A DNA stretch of 64,000 nt from Macrostomum lignano. Its lineage: Eukaryota. The stretch lies in the NCBI GenBank assembly GCA_002269645.1, contig NIVC01000399.1:186001-250000 (forward strand), written 5' to 3'. The translations under genes were made by a program, and so were the position numbers. Every line of letters starts with the position of its first letter. Within the stretch, counting starts at the first letter, position 1. Under the pieces are notes generated by a model, which saw nothing but the letters and a program-made list of their open reading frames with translations, was not told the DNA's origin and searched no databases. Below, in pieces: positions 57,755 through 64,000 of this stretch.

Positions 57755-58004
57755 CAGCCGCAGCTATTGCGCGGCGCATCTGAAGGCTGCGTACGGCTGT
57801 TCAGTCCAAGGACTGGGGGGTCGCCACACAGCCTCAATTACCCCAGCTAATGCTGGCACCCATTTTACAGCTGGGTGAACTGAAGCAATGCAGAGTTAAG
57901 TGTCTTGCTCAAGGATACAAATTGTTCCGAGTGGGTCGAGAATCGAACCCCCGACCTATCTATCAGTCGTGAGTCCGACGCTCTAACTAAGCTACAACCC
58001 CTCC
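57755..58004 (-). mobile_element. tRNA-derived SINE, family 2
   Basis: Minus strand has an A box TAGCTTAGTTAG (57983-57994) and a B box GGTTCGATTCT (57939-57949). These are followed by ccttgagcaagacacttaac..cacccagctgtaaaatgggt, which resembles conserved SINE central domains (CORE/Meta type; superfamily not assigned). Confidence 0.75.
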
Positions 58005-58359
58005 TTTGGGAAAAAACAGATTCTTTATTACTATTGCCTGAGTAGCAATTAAGGAAAGTGTACATTGGCTGAATCTCATGTACATTAGCGGCGGGGCAGA
58101 AATTTTGTGTGGCAAAAGGCGGTCGCAGGGTTCAGCTGGCGGGTAATAGGGTCAAATAGGTTCCGGTGCTGAAGTATTTCGTAAATTAAATAAGGTTCTA
58201 TTTAGCTTTCTACTGAACTGACAGTAGTAGCATGTAAGCAAATCTGCTGAGCGGCCCACCCGATTTTTGTAGTATTTTTATTGTAATAAAGGTGCTTTTG
58301 ACAATTGGCAGAAACATTAAGGAGGAGCAAGGAGGGAACAGGAAGGCTGCCTGCATCTG

Positions 58360-58896
58360 TCAGTTGAAAGAGACAAACACGGTGCCGCCGGCTCCGCCTC
58401 CACCCACAGCGCCGTCGTCACCGCCACCGCCGCTGGCTCCGCCCGCTGCTCCGGTGCCGCCGCCGCCCTGCGGATTGGCGGCCCGTTCGTTGGCCGCCTC
58501 CAATTTATTGGCCTCCCGATACTTCATCAGGTAGACTTTCAGCGGCTCAATGTAACTGTCTAGGCCGACAGCCTGCATCGCCGTCAGGATGTCCTCGCCG
58601 TTCATTGTCTTCCGCTTCTCCTCCTGGCATCTGTCCGACGCTTCGGACGTGACAAAGGAGATAAACTCGGACACACACTCTTGCACGCACTCTTTCGCCT
58701 CTTTAGTGATTTTGCCAGTCTCCGGTATTGTTCGCTTCATAATCTTCGATATGTTGGCAATGGGCAGGAAGCGGTCCTGGTCCCGGATTGGCGAGCACCG
58801 GCCAATCGGTCGGCCATCGTCCAGACTGCCTCCTCCGGCGTTGGCTGTCGCGCCTGGCGTTGCCCCAAACCCGGAGCCAGAGTGCTCGTCTGAGTC
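58360..58896 (-). CDS. NFYB: Nuclear transcription factor Y subunit beta (histone-fold); start either an upstream exon via the tttcag acceptor at 58897 or the in-frame ATG at 58920
   Basis: [79 protein letters not shown] is the diagnostic NF-YB/HAP3 core. Confidence 0.95.
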   Translation of the reverse strand, partial: DSDEHSGSGFGATPGATANAGGGSLDDGRPIGRCSPIRDQDRFLPIANISKIMKRTIPETGKITKEAKECVQECVSEFISFVTSEASDRCQEEKRKTMNGEDILTAMQAVGLDSYIEPLKVYLMKYREANKLEAANERAANPQGGGGTGAAGGASGGGGDDGAVGGGGAGGTVFVSFN

Positions 58897-58949
58897 CTGA
58901 AATTTGTGTTTGTATAGCATATGGCAACAAGCTGCAGTGGGATATTATG

Positions 58950-60500
58950 CCAACTACAGTTACAAGGACATCTCAGAATTATATCCATGGAAAACAAACA
59001 TTACATATATAGATTCCATGGCCATAAGTTTGTCTCTTTATTTTTTTAAAAATAAATTGTCAACTCTAGAGACACACAATTGTGATATAAAAAACATTCA
59101 CCTAAGATTTAAGATATAACACTTGTTACTTTGTCAACCATGAATAGAAATAACTTGTCTTATCAAGTGCCTAATAAACCAATAGAAGTATTATGATGGG
59201 ACTTCTAAAATAACTAACAAAGTTATACTAAAGTTATACTAAATCTCTAATATTTGTTTGTATGTTTACTTGTCTATAATGCTCTAGAGATTGCAATTCT
59301 TAAGCAATTTTGATTGAATTTTTGCCAAATGTATATACTATATATCATTAGGCCTACCTATATTGATAAATCTAAATATTTTACTAAATATTTTATATCT
59401 AAATATTTAATACCTTAAATATCTATTTAACTACCTAAATATTGTATTGTATTCTCTTGTAGTACTTTCATCCTCTTTTTTATTCTTTTAGGATTAGACA
59501 AAGAAACCAATTTATCATATAAAAACTGAAAGCTTTATTATAAAGAGCAAAAAAGACATTAAAGGTTAAATGAATATTAAATAGGAAATCATCATTAGGC
59601 CATGCCAACATAGACCAAGTCCAAGGGTCAGCAGACTCTAGCCTATAGGCCATATGCAGCTTATAAAGCCATGGCCTATAGGCCATATGCAGCTTACAAA
59701 GCCATTCTATCCAGCCTTTAAGTCCTTTGAAATGTTACAATGGCAATCAGGCTTATTCAAGATTTGCCTTTCTTCTTAGCTCTTTGTTCTCTAATCTACA
59801 CTTTCTTTGTTTTGCTTTTTTTCTCTTTTTTCTATTTTCTTTCCTTTTTGCGTCTTTTTTCTCTTATTAAGGCCCTAGTCTTCTCACTTTTTACCTTGTT
59901 ATGTTTTTCCTTTCTTACCTATTTCTTATGTCTCTTCTCTTTCTTTTTCTTACACTAGCTTGCAATTATCAATCAAATATTAGGTTCTTTATTTTGCCTT
60001 ACACTACAGATAAAAAAGTTTTTTAAACCCTATTTTAAACCAAACTAAATTATAACTAATTGCAGTTACTAAACTAAATTAAGTTAGCCTTAAATTATAA
60101 AACTAAAGACAAAATATTATATTATTTTTAGCAATCTTATTTGATGGGATTAAGAAATTTTAATAGGCCTAGGCCTAGCCAATTTTGTCTCAATTATAAT
60201 ATCAAAATCTTTTAATTAATTTTACCTGACTAAATAACTAATATTAACTAAATTTTATTAGTTAAATTAGTCTTAGACTTAATAATAATAACTTAAATCT
60301 TTAGCCTTGGCTAGTTTAAAAGTTGTCAATTTAATTTACTAAATGCTATATATTTAAATAAAGGTTTTATAACTTGCCAATATGCATAAAAAATCAAATT
60401 TAAAAAAAAATTTCAAAACAATTATGATGCAAACAATTAGGCCCACCTAGTATAGTAGAATAGGCCCTACGGCCTAAGCAACAAATATAGTATATAGGCC
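58950..60500. other. AT-rich, CpG-eroded block 5' of the NF-YB coding exon
   Basis: CpG almost absent; rich in taggcct/ctag. Confidence 0.7.
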
Positions 60501-60514
60501 CTTGGACTTAGTAC

Positions 60515-60720
60515 AACATTCGAAAAGCGACTAAAAGTAGTATAATTAGGTCAAAAGTCGTCAGAACAAGAAAAAATGTGGCGATTTATTTCGATCCTAG
60601 CTGAGAGGACTATGGCCCCTGGATTTGCCAATCAGCCCACTTCACTAGGCCTTCACTAGTGTAGTAGAGGGGGGGCCTAAGGTGGAAAAAATTTCCAACG
60701 GTTTTATAATTTAAATTGTT
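60515..60720. promoter_or_regulatory. Putative bidirectional promoter of NF-YB and SEC24, with a CCAAT box
   Basis: Local return of CpG between two CpG-eroded blocks; GCCAATCAG at 60627-60635. Confidence 0.45.
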
Positions 60721-61861
60721 GGCTAAAACAAAATATTTTATTTGTTTGTACATCACTAAATAAAAAATCTAAAAAATCTTGATGTATTTAAAAAATGTTT
60801 GGTGAATACTTTTTTCAGCCTAATTTACGTGTTGCTGCTAAAGATATTTTCTAGTTTAAAAAGTATAATTTCTAAGAACAATGATTACTATCATTCATCA
60901 TGTAAACTTAAGCTTATCAGGTGGAGTCCCTAATTGTCCCCTTGATTGTTCTCTTTTATCCCAGGTTCAATTTTTGTAATTTTTTTCTCAAGTCCAGCTT
61001 TCTGGTGTCACTGTGAGCAGAATAGCGTATCATTTGTGTACAATGTACATATGTTTCTTGGGTGTCGGGCTCCACTTTATGAGCCTAGGCTAAGTTGACA
61101 GACCCTTTTGGACCTCGAAACTATTCAACTGAAAGGTTCTTACAACTCCTTTGATTTGATCGGTTGGGTTAATCTAAGATTTAAAGCAAAAAAATTTATT
61201 TTATGATAAACATGGTATATTTTATAGAAAAAATTATAATACAAACTGAAGTGAATGTGAATATCACTCTTGTTGAAAATAATTTTTATATCCTCTTTTT
61301 CATAGATAGATAAATTGATTAGTATTATATAAATTATTCATATACTTAATTAGTCACTTGTCATATCATGCTAAAGATTATTGCACTAGGGTGCTAGGTT
61401 GTAGCATGGCATGTTGCATTATACTAGCAATTTAGTTTGATAAAAACTGACATTTTTATGTTTATTGCCTTTCTAATATATTGCATTTCACCAAGGTTTT
61501 ATAGTACTTTAGTCTACATTACACCAATTATGGCATTGTGTGATAGGCCCTTACATAGTAAAGTAGCTCAAAATTATAATAACCAATATGTTTATTGCCA
61601 TCCCTTTTTAATTAGGGACTATAAATATTAAAATCCTAATTTTCGTCTATGCATTTTGAGCAAAAATTCTAACAGGGAAACCTAGGCCTATGCTAGTGCA
61701 AATATATCAAATTATATAGCACAAGTATAAATGGTTTTAAATTATGAAATAATAATTGTTCATATCATAGATTAAAGAAACAACTTATACTCGAGATTAA
61801 AAAACATAAATTCACTTTTCAGAAAGCTATTCATATAATCTAGACTATAGATATAAGAGGA

Positions 61862-63514
61862 ATGCAGCCAAAGCAACCAACAAGACCCAATGGGAGCCTT
61901 CAATTGTCATCTGCTCAAGCTCAGCCAGCTAGATCATTTATGCCTATTGAAACTATGCCTAAAATTCAGCCAAGTCAAACATCAGCTAACCCTACAAGGC
62001 CTATTTTTGCCTCTACACCTCCATTACAACTTCCTCATGGCTCTTTATTGCATCCAACACCTGTGAGGTCTATGTTGTCTAATCAGCCCAATCAGATGAA
62101 CTTGCATGGTCTGAATTCCTCATCTGCACAAGCAGGTATGGCTGCACCTCCATTGCCTCTGCAAAGTCATTTGCCAAAAAGTTCAATGCCTTGTCCATCA
62201 ACATCTTCCTCAGTGTCAGCTCCACACCCTTCTCAGTTGAGACAACCACCTCAAGTTTCATCATTTGAAGTGCCTTCAACTCAGACAGCAGCTGCAAACT
62301 TGACGTCTCAGGTACACCAGATGAGAATTGGTAGCTCAGCAACACCTGACCATCGATATGTAGGTCCACAGTCCTCAATGATGCCATCGAGCTCAGCAGC
62401 ACCTGGCTATCAACCTATTGGACCTCTGCCACCTCCTATGATGCCATCGAGCTCAACGGCACCTGACTATCAACCTGTTGGATGTCCGCCACCTCCTATG
62501 ATGCCATCGAGCTCAGCGGCACCTGGCTATCAACCTGTTGGATGTCCGCCACCTCCTATGATGCCATCGAGCTCAACGGCACCTAGCCATCAACCTGTTA
62601 GACCTCTGCCACCTTCTATGATGCCATCGAGCTCAGCGGCACCTGGCTATCAACCTGTTGGATGTCCGCCACCTCCTATGATGCCATCGAGCTCAACGGC
62701 ACCTAGCCATCAACCTGTTAGACCTCTGCCACCTTCTATGATGCCATCGAGCTCAACGGCACCTGGCCATCAACCTGTTGGACCTCCGCCACCTGGCCAT
62801 CAACCTGTTGGACCTCCGCCACCTGGCCATCAACCTGTTGGACCTCCGCAACCTGGCCATCAACCTGTTGGACCTCCGCCACCTCCTATGATGCCATCGA
62901 GCTCAACGGCACCTGGCCATCGGCCTATTGGACCTCCAGAACCGCCGATGCATCCAATATCTGCAGCCGCACCTTCGCCCCCTTCATTTGTCCCCGCGCC
63001 GCCAGCACCAATGCCATTCGTAGCGCCGACGCCGCCGCTGCCCGTTGGACCGATGCCTCGACAAATGACTTCGCCGCCGACGCTTCAGCAGCCGCAGTGG
63101 TCGACTGCAAGCGCTCAGCATCGCGAAAACTCAGTGAATCTTCTGCGCGACCGGCAGCTGCTGCGGACGCACGGCTCCGAGCCCATAGAGACGGTCGCTC
63201 CGCCGCCGTTGGGCCATTCGTTCCCGGCTGAGGCCAACTGCAATCCGGATGTCATGTCCTGCACAATGAACGCCGTGCCGGCCACTGCCGAGTTGTTGCG
63301 CCGATCTCGCCTACCGTTAGGCCTGGCAATGCACCCGTTTAAGGATCTGCGCAGCCTGGCAGTCATTCAGGCCAACGTCATCGTTCGCTGCCGAGATTGC
63401 CGGGCCTATATTAATCCTTTCGTGCGCTTCTCCAGCCAACAGAGATGGCGCTGCAGTCTCTGCTTTCTTGACAACGATTTGCCAGAAGAGTTTCTTTATG
63501 ATCCCATGTCCCAG
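61862..63514 (+). CDS. SEC24: COPII cargo adaptor Sec24 (A/B-type), first coding exon (551 codons); gene continues beyond the window
   Basis: Pro/Ser-rich N-terminus, then NCNPDVMSCTMNAVP..RLPLGLAMHPFKDL and zinc finger VRCRDCRAYINPF..WRCSLCFLDNDLPEEFLYDP. Donor CAG|GTAAG at 63514; ttttcag acceptor about 40 nt upstream of the ATG. Confidence 0.93.
62370..62930 (+). repeat. Coding tandem repeats in Sec24 (MMPSSSAAPGYQPVGCPPPP-type units and 30-bp GHQPVGPPPP units)
   Basis: Near-identical nucleotide repeats, in frame. Confidence 0.9.
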
Positions 63515-63735
63515 GTAAGGCAGACTTTTACTTTCGCAGAAACCTTGTAAAAAAATAATACGCGCTTAAATGCTTTAAGATCAACGCTTTTATGCATATA
63601 CGGTATTTATATATAAATGTTCTATTGTACCTAGATCAAGTTCTGTCACTCGTTCTACACCAATCAGAGATCGGCGGGATGCCACATTATACATTTAGAA
63701 TGGGTAGAAAACTAGCCTTTATCCCTTTATCTGTC

Positions 63736-63931
63736 CCTCGGGTCCTTTGAAACTTCACAATAGCAATCCGGCCCGCTCAATGTTTGTGCCTCTTCTCAGC
63801 TCTCTTCTCTCCCCTTACTCTTCTCTCGTCTCTCGTCTATATTTTATTCTCTCCTTGTACTCTCATCTGGCCCGCAGCCATGAGCTGAATTCTTTATCTG
63901 GCCCTTCAGGTAAAAAAAGTTTGCAGACCCC
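63736..63931. mobile_element. Truncated relative of the 57081 MITE, in a Sec24 intron
   Basis: Shared internal sequence and a right terminus aggtaaaaaaagtttgcagacc. Confidence 0.6.
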
Positions 63932-64000
63932 CAGCCCCTCTAGAGAATCACCTAGACCAGTACGAACTCATATTTTGGTCCCGAGTAGTTTTAAGACAAC

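Noticed and set aside
57930-58004. tRNA gene
   Set aside because: A and B boxes are present, but no complete cloverleaf is evident and the sequence continues into a SINE-type body.

Overview
Eukaryotic (metazoan) genomic DNA with GT-AG introns, CpG-rich exons and a different minisatellite in almost every intron. This style suggests a free-living flatworm such as Macrostomum, which is inference only. Eight protein-coding loci can be reconstructed: ANKAR (-, 5' six exons, continuing off the left edge); a small secreted neuropeptide-precursor gene (-); a STRA6/RBPR2-family receptor (+, middle exons apparently missing); SRFBP1/BUD22 (-, single coding exon); glutaminase (-, 3' seven exons, two 1-nt frameshifts, 5' exons not visible); a two-RRM protein (-); NF-YB (-); and SEC24A/B-type (+, first coding exon). 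Mobile DNA includes a decayed DD34D mariner interrupted by a hAT MITE, at least six MITEs with 8-bp target-site duplications and two tRNA-derived SINE families. There is also a 987-nt N gap. The most unusual signals are: (1) an unrecognised pyroGlu/amidated peptide, QTDAWNGHEIYFPFF-amide; (2) MITEs carrying a 64-nt piece of 28S rDNA whose R2/I-PpoI target core is altered; (3) sharply bounded AT-rich, CpG-eroded blocks 5' of the ANKAR, SRFBP1, NF-YB and SEC24 coding regions, with a paired repeat copy showing CpG decay directly; (4) a GTTGCTAAGG minisatellite core shared by the SRFBP1 coding linker, its 3' flank and a glutaminase intron. No CRISPR array, intact rRNA gene or intact tRNA gene is supported. 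All identifications come from manual reading and remembered family sequences; no searches were run.
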